This document shows, one piece after another, positions 25,445 through 40,680 of a stretch of DNA of 64,000 nucleotides. The position numbers and the translations under genes were made by a program. Under the pieces are notes generated by a model. The model had not been told where the DNA came from and did no database searches. It saw nothing but the letters and a program-made list of their open reading frames with translations. Each line of letters starts with the position of its first letter. Position 1 is the first letter of the stretch. The DNA lies in the NCBI RefSeq assembly GCF_009914755.1, contig NC_060926.1; one strand, given 5' to 3'. Source of the DNA: the human T2T-CHM13v2.0 reference genome, Homo sapiens.

Positions 25445-28400
25445 CAATCTCAGTATCTTTAAGATACCAAAGACAAGTCATAGAAGTTTCAGCTCTGTTC
25501 ACAGCCATTTCCCAGGAACATATGGACCTGTTGCTGTTTGGTTAGTTTCCACCTGTTTCTGAAACCTTACATGTATGTTTTATACCATTGTCTATCATTT
25601 CATTGCACCATAAAATGCTGCTTAGATCTCAAGCTTTACTGCAGCTTGAGAAAATGTATTTTATAAAGATCTAAACAAGTATAATTTATTATTATTATGA
25701 TCATTTACCAGAAGGCTACATATGTAAGAGCGCAAAGGAAAGGGAGTTTTAGGAAAGGCAATTGCAAAACACTAGAAAAGAGTGTTATCCAACAGTTCTG
25801 GAAAGAAAAGTTAGTTTCCTAATATGCTTACACTTAACGAGGCCATAATATGCTAAGAAGATGATATAGATAGATAGTTGATTACAGATATTGATATATA
25901 GACAGATAGATGTTGATGTTTATTCATGATTCATGTATTTCTTCTTCTTGTTGCATCTTCTCACCTTCTTGAATAGAGTTATCAACTGACTGAATGCTCT
26001 TTACCTGTTCATCTATCTGTGTATGGTTTTCTGATTCCTATTGTGTGAAAGAAGAGAGTTCTCTCTGAAATAATAAGTGTTCTCTTGCTGCCTATGAAAA
26101 CTAAAAACAGTAACATTTTGGAAATGAATATAACTTTAGTGACAATCTGATTTACCCCTTTCATTTTAATAACAAGACAGTTGTAAAAATACAAGGGCAG
26201 TTCCATTATTAGGAACTTCAGGTCACTCAAATCCCTGTTTAGTTTCTGAAACTGGTTTTAAATAAGCCTGCAGATTTTTATGTGAACCATGAAAAGAATA
26301 AGCAATATTTTTACATTCTACAAGTAAAATTTTTATATTATTATTTTGTTGAATTAGTATTACCAACCTTGTAGACAGAAGTAAAAAAAAGATTTGAATT
26401 TAAAATATTTACTTTTATCTGCCATTCTAACAAGTTTTTTTTAAAGAAATGAACAACATACAGTTTTAAAATCAAAATAGTTATTCTAGTTTCTGTAAAC
26501 AGAGGAAATTTACTTTACTGGGTCAATACACTGTGTAACTGTTATAAACAAAGCTGATTTCCAGTGTATACCAAAAATAGCACATCCAAGCTGCCTGCTG
26601 GTCTTTCAATGCACAGACATGAGAGAGCTGATATTATTTTTTATTTGTAGTAATATGCACAATACTTGACTAATGAAAATTATAATTATTTTCCCCAAAA
26701 TTCTGCTGGGTTCTAAACCCTTCAGGAACTTCAGTGCATTAAATTATTTCTCTTATTTCCTGGTATTGTTCTTACAAAGTCGTATAGCCTCATTTCACTG
26801 TTTTTTCTTCCTATTTACTGATGATATTTTAGTCTTTCATGTTCTGTTATCCTTCTATCTAGTCTACAAGGACTAATGTTTATGTCCCCTCAGTTTGGTC
26901 TGGTGAAAGAAAGAAATAAAGAGAGAGAAAGAGAAAGAAAAAGTAAGAATAAGTTTAAAGACTAATATTTAACTAAATTTATTTTAGTCCCCCATACAAC
27001 CTTTTGCTACTTTGAAAATCCCACTATTATATTATATTTTTTGTGCTATATCCACAACATATTTTGTAATTTGTTTGAAATTGTTTCCTAGTTTTGAGTT
27101 AGCTTGCCAGCTATTGATGCATAAGAACATATTGTTAGCTTGTTTTGTGTTTTCAGGATGCTTGGATATATGTACATATGCTTGCTGTGTGATCTTACTT
27201 TTATAATTATACTTTTTTCACCATATTCCTTTCCAAGATGCCTGGAACTCTGTTTTGTCAAGATGAAGCCATGTGTATGAGAATCTTGCGGTAAAACACC
27301 GTTGTGTAGCAGTTTTACATAAAATAGATTCTAACTCCTGATAATAAAGGAAAGTGATGCTGCAGACTCTCTGTGTATCTTGTGAACCTTAGAGAGCCAG
27401 TGTGGACCAGTTGTTAAATCATCCCAGTGTATAAATTCAATCTTTCAGGTCAGATTACTTATGAGATAAAAGGTTGTCACATAATAACTATGTGCCCTGA
27501 GAGGAGAATGATTTTATACCAAGTCTTTTATATACTGTAACAAAAGGAGCAATTGTTTCTTCTTTTGAACTGAAGCATGAAATAGACTTGGTTTTAAAAG
27601 TAGCAGTAGTTTCAGGAGTTTTGAAAAGAAGTGTAAAAAGTAATATTTATCAAAATTACCCTCCTACTGCAGAAAAATTGCCCTGAACATCCCATCCAGA
27701 AGAAACCTCCCCATCCGTTCTCTATTATGCACCATCTTGTGTGGCATTTGACAGCTACTGGCTTGATCTGTCAATTTACCAAAGTAAAGGGAACATGCTG
27801 AGAGGGAAGGGAAAATAGATTATGTTTGGGGTGGATAGAAAGAAAGTGAGTTTGAAGCCAAACATGGATAGGATTAAGCCCCAGGCGAGAAATTCTAATT
27901 TATTTGGGTTGAGTAGAGGGAGGAACTATTAGGATACTCCTGAGGACAGATTTGAGAAATGACATATTGATAGTTACGCTGTAGAAAAAAACCTACTTGT
28001 ATATATTAAAAAGTGACAAGCATATACTGAAAAGTGACAAGAAAAAATGGAAAGATTTATTTATTATTTATTACCATGTTGCCCTTTTGGAATGCCCATC
28101 TAAATAAGATAATGATCCCAACACTTTTTGCCATGGTATGCATGGCATCTCTCAGTAACACATAACAGGTGTTCAATAAATTTGTTGAATGAGTGAATAA
28201 GTATAAGCAAATACAGACATAAATAGCTCTTCATTAACTAACATAATCTTCCACATATATGTCATTGCCTTGATTTCAGATTTTTATACATCGTTTATTT
28301 CTGTAGGTAGTTCATTTCTAAAAAAATGATAATATTCATGATGATGATGCTAAAAGGGAAGAAAAGAGTGATGAAGGAGAAAGGTCTATTTACTCATTAT

Positions 28401-28539
28401 TTATTATGTGCTAAACATTGTATTATGTGCTTTGCCCTCATGTACTCATTTTCCCCATCCAACAAGAGAAAACTTAATTATACAAATAAAAACCAGGTTT
28501 GAGCAATACTAACAAATCACTCAAGGTTCTGATTGACAG

Positions 28540-28835
28540 TTGTAGCAGACGCTGTTGATGCCCTACTCCTTGGGCCACATAAGCCCAACCTGTGGCTGGG
28601 TAGACAATCTCATAACATTGGCAGCTTCCTAGCTCCCACGTTTTTGTCTCTCATTGCTGCCTGGGCATACCTGGGACCTTGCTTGCTGGCGAACAGGTAC
28701 AATCTGCAAGTGTGGGGAGGTGATCTCTCCACCAGTGGAGGATGAGAGTCCTTAGATAGATGCCTCAGCCTCTCAGTCTTTCAGGGATCAGGGATTCTGA
28801 GCCATGCCTCATACACTTTCTCAGCAGGTTTCAGA
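28540..28835 (+). mobile_element. LTR16-like (ERVL) fragment
   Basis: Starts TGTAGCAGACGCTGTTGATGCCC, as in recalled LTR16 consensus. Confidence 0.5.
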
Positions 28836-28915
28836 AGTCTTACAATTGAGGAGAAGCCTTTGTTTCATATTTCGTTTAAAGCAACCTTGTCATTGATACC
28901 TATATTAAAGCATCA

Positions 28916-29161
<246 letters not shown>

Positions 29162-30059
29162 GCATCCAGAAATGTGGTCTAATAGTCTGTATCTGGATAG
29201 AAGAATTGAGCTTCTTGTTTCTGGTTGGGAATTTCAGTACTATTTAAAAAAAAAAAAAAAACTATCATCTGAGTTTGGATGCCCTAAAAGCTGACCTTGA
29301 GGCAAGCACTTGGGTGTAACAGTTTATTGTGGGCAAAGGGATGTCTTAGAAAGTTAGATTAGAGAGAGGCAGAGAAATTGTAAAAAATGTTTTATGCATC
29401 TCTAATTGTTTTACATGCTTTACCTTAGTAATTTTTTAAAATCTAATTTTAAAAAGTGTAACAAAAAACACTACTTGCCAGACGTATCTACATGAATGTC
29501 ACACCAATACCTCAGACTTATCTCTAGAACCCAGCGAGCACTATCTAAACACACTCTCCATCTCCCCCAACACCATGCACCCCTCCACCCCACCCTGTTC
29601 TTCCCCATTCCAACTCTTCCATCTGGTTGCTTTATGTTTTGTTTTTCATGATATTACCAGTGTCTCTGTCACCAGGTCTAAAAATGCCGGTCATATTTTA
29701 CTTCCTTTTAGTACCAACACCACACAATACACATCAGGTTTTTTCCCCAATGCCTTACGAGTTCTTTCATTTTCCCTGCCCTGCTCTTTATGTAAGTTTG
29801 GGTCTTGAAACTGCCTTTATGCCTACACCATTTATCAGCAACCAACTGTCTTTTGTCTCCTCATTGTATATGATATTTAATTTGACTACATTATATTATC
29901 TAAGGTATATCATATCTTCCTTTGTAAATTATAAACTGAGATTAGGACTCACTTTTTATACAGTTTCATATCTGCCAAAGGACTTAGCGTATTGTTTTGC
30001 ATGTAATAATTAATGAACATAAACCTATAAATTTCCAGCTTATGACATTAATGATGTAA

Positions 30060-31116
30060 AAAGCCAAAATCATGTAAAGGCCATTTAAAAAATACAGAGC
30101 ACCTGCTACTTGCCAGGTAGCATATAAAGTGCTAGAGATATGGTGGTAAACAACAGGAGCAAAACAAAGGATGTTTTCTACTCTCAAATTCTAGTGAGAA
30201 AGATATAATGAAAAAATATATGATTATAAATTAAAGAGTTCTGGAGATAATGAACAGGATTGTCTGGCAGATAATATTATAGTGACCTATTTTAAATTGG
30301 ATGGGCAGAAAGTCCTCTGTGAGGACATCTTTAAGCTGAGATGGAAGAAAGAGAAAGAGGAATTATGTGAAAAGTCAGAGGCTATGTGTCCGAGAAGAGG
30401 TAATAATATGGTAAAGACCTTGAGGATAAAAGAAACCTTGATGCACTTAAGGAAATTAAGAAAGGCCAATATGACAAAAGCCAAGTGATCCAGGGGGAGT
30501 GACCAATGCTAAGGCTGGTGCTGTAGTCAGAAGCCAGATCATAGGGTCCTTTTAGGCCACGTTGAGAGTGGTTTGTACTACAAGAAAGCGATGGAAAACT
30601 ATTTAAAGGATTTAAGCAAAGGAGTAGTTGCCTGATTCATTTAGAATCTTGAAAGTTCACTTTAGCTTCTGTGCAGAAATTTGATGAGGTGGGGGAATGA
30701 CAAAGGGAGACCACGTAGCAGATTCTTAAATAGCCCAGATGAAATTATCTTGTGAAATGGTAGTAGCTGTGCAAAAGAAGATTCACATAAGATGGGCTTG
30801 AGATATATTTTAGAGGTCAAATTGATAGGACCTTGTGACTGATGGATTCTTTGTTTAAGTTAGAGGGAGGTATTACTTTCCAAATTTCTGGCTTGAACAA
30901 CTGGTCAGATAGAGTGCCCAGTTGTTTTGAAAAGAAAGAGATTGGGTGGAAGAATAGTTTAGATGAGAAGTCAGGGAACCAGAACTCAGTGTTAGGTATG
31001 TTATGCGCACAATGCCCACTATACATCCAAGTGGAGATGTCTGGTAGGCAGTAGAACAAATGAACCCGGAACTCTGAAGAAAGGTCAAGGCTGGAGACAT
31101 AAACTGGAGACTCATG
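30060..31116 (-). mobile_element. L2 fragment; resumes at ~36855-37150
   Basis: Antisense L2 text breaks at GGAGACATAAACTGGAGACTCATGA and continues as TATTTAGATGGTATTTAAAGACATAGG after the L1 block. Confidence 0.65.
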
Positions 31117-31224
31117 ATATTTGTTTATTTATTTCATGTCAAACAATTGAGGGTATATTTAAATAACTCATGAAATAGCTGATTGATTAACAGATATTGC
31201 AACATGTATATAAAAAAATCAAAC

Positions 31225-34028
<2,804 letters not shown>

Positions 34029-34330
34029 TCAAACTTTATTTTTAATTGATACTTTTTTTTACCTGCTGAGTAAAAGAACGTTATGCAAAAGCAAAACAAG
34101 GATTCCTCAAGGATTTTAAAGCCAATTATTGGGTGTGTAGAATATAGTAAGATAATATAATTTAAATTGTACCTTCTACGTACTCTTTCTTTTGTACTCT
34201 TCTATGAGGATGTTTAACACAAAAAAAAAAGACAGTCACGGATAATTTTAGAGGATTGTTTCTTCAAGTATTTTAATTGTATCCCCCACTGACCATCCAA
34301 TACAGTTATTTGATATTAGTTGTGAATATC

Positions 34331-36852
34331 TTTTTTCCTTTTTTAACTTTGTTTTATTATGGTACAATATACATATAAAATGTATCATCTTTACCATTTT
34401 AAGTGTAAAGTCCACTGGCAATAACTACATTTATATATATATTTTTCCCTTTATCGCCCTCCACCTACCGTTTCCTCTCCTATAGTAACTACCATTCTAC
34501 TCTCTATGTTCATGAGATTTGCTTTTTAAGCTCCCACATATGAGTGAGGGCATGCAATATTTGTCTTTCTGTGCTTGGCTTAGTTCACTTAACATAATTG
34601 CCTCCAGGTCCATCCATGTTGCTGCAAATGACAGGATTTTAATTTTTTTATGGTTGAATTATATTCCATTATGTATGTATGTTTCTTTATCCATTCACTC
34701 ATTGATGGGCACTTAGGTTGATTCCATATTTTAGCTATTGTGAATAGTGCTGCAATAAACATGGGAGTGTAGATATTTCTTCAATGTATTGATTTCCTTT
34801 CTTTAGGATATATACCCACAAGAATTGCCAGATCATATCATCGTTCTAGTTTTACTTTTTTGAGGAACCTCTATTCTGTTCTTCATAGTGGCTGTAATAA
34901 CTTACATTTCTAGCAGCACTGTATGAGGGTTCCCCTTTGACCCCATTTTGTCACCGGCATCTGTTTTTGCCTTTTTTATATAAGCCATTTTAACTGGAGT
35001 GAGGTGATATCTCATTGTGGTTTTGATATTCATTTTTCTAATGATTAGTGATGTTGTACATGTTTTCTTATACCCGTTTGCCATTTGTATATCTTCTTTT
35101 GAGAAATATCTGTCGAGATCTTTTGCCAATTTTGAAATTACATTCTTTGTTAGGTTTTAGTTTTGTTGCTATTGAGTTGTTTGAGCTCCTTATATATTCT
35201 GGTTATTAATCCCTCATCAGATAGTGTGCCAATGTTTTCTCTCATTATGTGGGTTCTCTCTACATTTAGTTGATGTTTTCTTTGCTGTGCAGAAGCTTTT
35301 TAGCTTGATGTAATCTCATTTGTCTATTTTTGTTCAGGTTGCCTGTGCTTTTTAGGTCTTACACAAAAAAATCTTTGCCCAGACCAATATCTTAGAGCAT
35401 TTCCCCAATGTTTTCTTTTAGTAATTTCATAATTTCAGGTCTATAATTCATTTTGATTTGGTTTTGGTGTATTGGTTATTTCAATAGATGCTGAGATAGC
35501 ATTTGATAAAATTCAACATTCCTTTATGATAAAAATTCTCACCAAAATGGATATAGAAGGAACATACTTCAAAATAATGAAGGCCATATATGACAAACCT
35601 ACAGTCAACATCATACTGAACACAGAAAAAATGAAGGCCTTTCCTCCAAGGACTGAAACAGACAAGGATACCCCCTCTTACCACTGTTATTCTACATAGT
35701 GCAGAAAGTCCTGGCCAGAGCTATCAGGCAAGAGGAAGAAAGGAAGGGTATCCAAACTGGAAAGGAAGAAGTGGTGAGAAAGTTTTAATTTTATTTTTTT
35801 GCATGTAGTTATTAAGTTTTCCTAGCACCATTTATTAAAGAGACTGTTTTTTTCCATTGTATGTTCTTTACAGCTTTGTCACAGATTAGTTGGTTGTAAG
35901 TGCATGGATTTATATGTGGATTCTCTATTCTGCTCCATTGGTCTATGTGTCTGTTTCTATGCCAATACTGTGCTGTTTTGGTTACTATAGCTTTGTAGTA
36001 AATTTTGAAGTTAGGTAGTGTGATGCCTCCAGCTTTGTTCTTTTTGCTCAGGATTGCTTTGGCTATTCAGGGTCTTTTGTGGTTTCTTATAAATTTTAGG
36101 AATTTTTCTGTTTCGTGAAGAATGTCATTTGTATTTTGATAGGAATTGCATTGAATCTGTAAATTGCTTTAGGTAGTATTGTAATTTTAACAATATTAGT
36201 TCTTCCAGTCTATCACGGAGTATATTTCTGGGTTTTTGTGTCCTCTTCGATTTCTTTTATCAGAGTTTTATTTATAGTTTTTCCTTGCATAGATATTTTA
36301 CTTTTTTAGTTAAATTGATTCCTAGGTATTGTACATTTTTGTAGCTATTGTAAAAGGAACTGCTTTCTTGATTTTTATTCAGATTGTTCACTGTTGTCAT
36401 ATAAATGCTATTGATTTTTGTATGTTGATTTTGCATCCTGCAACTTTACTGAATCAGATCTAACAGCTTTTAGGTGGACTCTTTAGATTTTTCTAGGTAT
36501 AAGATCATGTAGTCTGCAAACAAACCTAATTTGACTTCTTCCTTTCCAATTTGGATACCCTTCCTTTCTTCCTCTTGCCTGATAGCTCTGGCCAGGACTT
36601 TCTGTACTACGTAGAATAACAGTGGTGAGAGGGGGTATCCTTGTCTGTTTCAGCCCTTGGAGGAAAGGCCTTCATTTTTTCTGTGTTCAGTATGATGTTG
36701 ACTGTAGGTTTGTCATATATGGCCTTCATTATTTTGAAGTATGTTCCTTCTATATCCATTTTGGTGAGAATTTTTATCATAAAGGAATGTTGAATTTTAT
36801 CAAATGCTATCTCAGCATCTATTGAAATAAGTATACCGTTTCTGTTTTTGAT
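34331..36852 (-). mobile_element. L1MA-type 5'-truncated element carrying an inverted internal duplication
   Basis: L1MA-type 3'UTR and degenerate ORF2, collinear on the minus strand except 35476-35772. Confidence 0.88.
35476..36830. repeat. Long inverted repeat: arms 35476-35772 and 36534-36830 (297 bp, 5 mismatches), 761-bp spacer
   Basis: Base-by-base comparison; also identical 67-aa ORFs on opposite strands in the ORF track. Confidence 0.97.
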
Positions 36853-38199
36853 TCTGTTAATGACTTATATTTAGATGGTATTTAAAGACATAGGAAATGG
36901 GTTAGATCTCCTAAAGAGGGAAGATGGAAAGAGAATGAAAGAGTTTCCAGAATATAGCCCTGGGGGTTTCCCGCACTTATGGCGGAGGGAAGGGAGCCAT
37001 CAGAGGAAACTCAGAGTGGCCAGATAGAAAGGCAGGAAAAAGCTTAATAAGGTGGTATTATGAGAAGAGAGTCTTCCTAGAAGGAGAAATGCTTACTCTT
37101 GATAAAAACTGAAAAATAGGGTGAGTCCACATTAGAATTCTCGCTACTGGGGAGGACTTTCTACACAAGGTTAGAGATCACTTGTATTTTGTCTACTATA
37201 ATTTTAGTGCATAATGCATTTTTTTGGCATATAGTGGGCACTTATATACATATTAATCTGATGACATTTAATAATTGAGTGCCCAAATATTTATGTCGAG
37301 TTGAGAGCTAGGGATAGGCATGAGTCTTTCTTAAACATCCTTCTCTTCTCCTTCCTCCACCCCCTCACTTGCCTTCAGAAGCATTGATCAGAGAGATAGC
37401 AGTATCTTCAGTTTTTTTTAAAGCAACATGAAACACACTTTATTCCTGCTAACATTAGGAAAAGCGAGCTGTTTTCCAAGCCCTGGAGGAAGGAAATTCA
37501 GCTAACTAACGTGAGGTAATGTAGGGTGGCTATTTCTTGAAAGGTAGTGAATCATAACTATAACCATACTATGGAAAAAAGTCCTGCCTTACCAACCACT
37601 CCACTGACTGCTTGTCACCAAAACTACGCTATGAAACGAATTGTGTTGAGTGGCTTTCATTGTAAAAGATTTTGGTGAAGGGAGGGAAAGAAACTGGTAG
37701 GGGTTCAGATCAGAAGATCTGGCTTTGCCAGTTTCTGGAGGGTGTCAGAATGGCTTCAACATACCTACTTCCTTGGCCTCAACTGGAGGTTTTGTAGCTG
37801 TAAACAAGAAGGATTGCATAGTTCAGAATAACGACACTGTAAGCTCATTGTGGAACTGGGTTAAAATCAGCATGTAGATCTACTAAGAAAGAAACACACT
37901 CAGCACTACTACAGAAAGAAACAGCCATGGGCCCTGATTGTTAGCTTTCTGGAAGCCATTTCATTTTTACAATAGATTTATCACACACTGTATTGACTTT
38001 TTCCAGTATAGAGTAAGAGAAAGTTAATATTCCTCATGTTTTGTCTGTTGACAGACTGAAAATAATTGCATTGAGTTTGGCTAGAATATCCTGTCATTCC
38101 ATAAACATCTCAAACTCCACATGGCTAAAACTTAACCCATCCATGCCCCCATCTGCATGCACACATACATGCATATAACTTCATTTCTCAGTGTTTTTT

Positions 38200-38765
38200 T
38201 CTCCATGAATGGTAGCACCATTCTCTTTCAAGAAAGAGAAATACTTCCCCTTGGGATTATCCTATCTCTACTTATTGCTGCAGGGGCTTCCAAAATTAGG
38301 TTTTCTGTGTTCAGTCTTGCATTCACACTTCTGAAACCCAGAGCTGACCGAGACAAATTCTTCAACTTCCTGTCAGTCCCAACATAGATTTAAAATTCCT
38401 AACCTGGCTCATGAGGTTCACCATGTATTCCTGCTTCCCTAAGTCAGCCTCATATCACACCAACCTGTGTGTGGAGTGGCTAAATACTCTAGCCAGGCAA
38501 GCTCTCTCAGTTCTTCTACCTGGCTCCTCTGGAGCCCTCCTTATTGCTCATCCCATTCTTAGCCTGATTCAAGATTCCTGGTCCTTCAAATCTCTCTTTA
38601 AGTGTCCTTACCTGGATCTTTCTCTAGTTAGTACAAATTTTTCTATCTACCATTGGAGCGAACATTTTTTGAAACTTTGTATCAGTCCTGCCTTACTCTT
38701 GGTGGAATCCTGTGGTCCTAGTCAAGTGCCTGCTCCATGAATGTGCTGAATAAATGAATAAGCAT
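38200..38765 (+). mobile_element. L2 3' fragment
   Basis: Ends ...TGCTCCATGAATGTGCTGAATAAATGAATAA, L2 tail-like; approximate. Confidence 0.5.
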
Positions 38766-38977
38766 TTTAATTGTGTATCTGTCATTAGTGTCAGATGTGT
38801 TATTTATTCCAGCATGGTTTTAGCACACAGACACACTCTTTGATGCAGACTTTTCTTTTCTTTTTACATATAGCAACAATAAAAAACTAGACTTTCATCT
38901 CCTGAAAATATCAGTCTAATAATCACCTATGGCTGTCTCTCTGGTTGCTGAAGGAAAAAAAAAAAAAAGGCAGGGCA

Positions 38978-39021
38978 CACCTGGATTGCATTAGAATGAG
39001 ACTCACTACCCAGTTCAGGTG
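38978..39021. promoter_or_regulatory. Bipartite ZEB-type E2-boxes
   Basis: CACCTG at 38978 and CAGGTG at 39016, i.e. -399 and -361 from a TSS at 39377. This matches the ZEB repressor sites I recall for this promoter. Further E2-boxes at 39101 and 39485. Confidence 0.7.
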
Positions 39022-39307
39022 TGTTGCGTTGTGGGTCTCCGGCACATTTCAGAGGCTCATTAGGACCCTGACCCCACACTGGGGTTTACACCCCTAAAAG
39101 CAGGTGTGTCCCGTGGCAACTGAGTGGGTGCGTGAAAAGGGGGGATCATCAATTACCAGCTGGAGCAATCCGAATCGGTTAAAGTGAATCAAGTCACAGT
39201 GCTTCCTTAACCCAACCTCTCTGTTGGGGTCAGCCACAGCCTAAACCGCCTGCCGTTCAGCCTGAGAGGCTGCTGCTAGCCTGCTCACGCATGCAGCCCG
39301 GGCTGCA

Positions 39308-39342
39308 GAGGAAGTGTGGGGAGGAAGGAAGTGGGTATAGAA
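39308..39342 (+). promoter_or_regulatory. ITGA4: ITGA4 core promoter: ETS/PU.1 cluster plus TATA-like box
   Basis: GGAA cores at 39310, 39323 and 39327 (GAGGAAGTG, AGGAAGGAAGTG) and TATAGAA at 39336-39342, about 35-70 nt before the likely distal start near 39377 (ATAACGTC). Confidence 0.7.
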
Positions 39343-39396
39343 GGGTGCTGAGATGTGGGTCTTGAAGAGAATAGCCATAACGTCTTTGTCACTAAA

Positions 39397-39462
39397 ATGT
39401 TCCCCAGGGGCCTTCGGCGAGTCTTTTTGTTTGGTTTTTTGTTTTTAATCTGTGGCTCTTGA
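39397..39462 (+). other. uORF1 in long ITGA4 5'UTR (21 aa, MFPRGLRRVFLFGFLFLICGS)
   Basis: AAAATGT start (A at -3), TGA at 39460-39462. Present only in transcripts from the distal start. Confidence 0.65.
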
Positions 39463-40119
39463 TAATTTATCTAGTGGTTGCCTACACCTGAAAAACAAGA
39501 CACAGTGTTTAACTATCAACGAAAGAACTGGACGGCTCCCCGCCGCAGTCCCACTCCCCGAGTTTGTGGCTGGCATTTGGGCCACGCCGGGCTGGGCGGT
39601 CACAGCGAGGGGCGCGCAGTTTGGGGTCACACAGCTCCGCTTCTAGGCCCCAACCACCGTTAAAAGGGGAAGCCCGTGCCCCATCAGGTCCGCTCTTGCT
39701 GAGCCCAGAGCCATCCCGCGCTCTGCGGGCTGGGAGGCCCGGGCCAGGACGCGAGTCCTGCGCAGCCGAGGTTCCCCAGCGCCCCCTGCAGCCGCGCGTA
39801 GGCAGAGACGGAGCCCGGCCCTGCGCCTCCGCACCACGCCCGGGACCCCACCCAGCGGCCCGTACCCGGAGAAGCAGCGCGAGCACCCGAAGCTCCCGGC
39901 TGGCGGCAGAAACCGGGAGTGGGGCCGGGCGAGTGCGCGGCATCCCAGGCCGGCCCGAACGCTCCGCCCGCGGTGGGCCGACTTCCCCTCCTCTTCCCTC
40001 TCTCCTTCCTTTAGCCCGCTGGCGCCGGACACGCTGCGCCTCATCTCTTGGGGCGTTCTTCCCCGTTGGCCAACCGTCGCATCCCGTGCAACTTTGGGGT
40101 AGTGGCCGTTTAGTGTTGA

Positions 40120-40200
40120 ATGTTCCCCACCGAGAGCGCATGGCTTGGGAAGCGAGGCGCGAACCCGGCCCCCGAAGGGCCGCCGTCCGGGAGACGGTGA
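40120..40200 (+). other. Overlapping out-of-frame uORF2 (26 aa, MFPTESAWLGKRGANPAPEGPPSGRR)
   Basis: ATG 20 nt upstream of the main ATG in a different frame; stop TGA at 40198-40200. Confidence 0.65.
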
Positions 40201-40336
40201 TGCTGTTGCTGTGCCTGGGGGTCCCGACCGGCCGCCCCTACAACGTGGACACTGAGAGCGCGCTGCTTTACCAGGGCCCCCACAACACGCTGTTCGGCTA
40301 CTCGGTCGTGCTGCACAGCCACGGGGCGAACCGATG
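40140..40336 (+). CDS. ITGA4: Integrin alpha-4 coding exon 1 (signal peptide and start of beta-propeller)
   Basis: ATG at 40140 reads MAWEARREPGPRRAAVRETVMLLLCLGVPTGRPYNVDTESALLYQGPHNTLFGYSVVLHSHGANR(W), recognised as the human ITGA4 N-terminus. Donor TG|GTGAGT at 40336/40337; 197 nt. Confidence 0.98.
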
Positions 40337-40680
40337 GTGAGTAGAGTTGGACTGATGCGCCCTCAGCAGCTCAGAGCGGCGTGAGAATGGCGCCCTAGGG
40401 ATTCCCTGCCCGATTCAAACTTTCCTCCCTCCCAAGGAGGCAGGAGGGAAACGCTGCGAGAGCCAGCTCGCTGGAAATCTGCCAGGGAAACTAACTTATC
40501 TTGGGGCGGCAGCGCCCCGGGTGCGTTATGGTGCAAGGTCTTGGAGCTTCGAGTCGGGGGTGGTGGGCGGAGGAGGAGGTGGGGAAGCTGCCCTGCTGCG
40601 GACTGCACATCTGTGGCGACAGGGAGCTCAGTGGGCAGCACAGCTCACGTCTGAGCGCACGTGCACGTGTCTCGCTTTAG

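Noticed and set aside
24992-28041. Short direct repeats (TCTCTTCTCTATACA x2 near 24992-25038, AAAAGTGACAAG x2 near 28009-28041) as a CRISPR-like or ordered array
   Set aside because: Isolated two-copy slippage duplications with no regular spacer structure; eukaryotic context.
35481-36825. Identical 67-aa ORFs on opposite strands as a duplicated gene
   Set aside because: Antisense reading of L1 ORF2 within the inverted repeat; reported as a repeat instead.
39564-40139. 192-codon in-frame open extension upstream of the ITGA4 ATG
   Set aside because: No ATG start; stop-codon scarcity is expected in a CpG island, and the extension would bury the signal peptide.
39509-40322. Antisense ORFs of 210, 133 and 70 aa over the promoter
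   Set aside because: Arg/Gly/Pro/Ala-rich low-complexity products typical of GC-rich DNA; no recognisable domain.
40553-40585. G-rich tract in intron 1 as a G-quadruplex
   Set aside because: Only three runs of 3+ G; two-tier G4 potential is ubiquitous in CpG islands.
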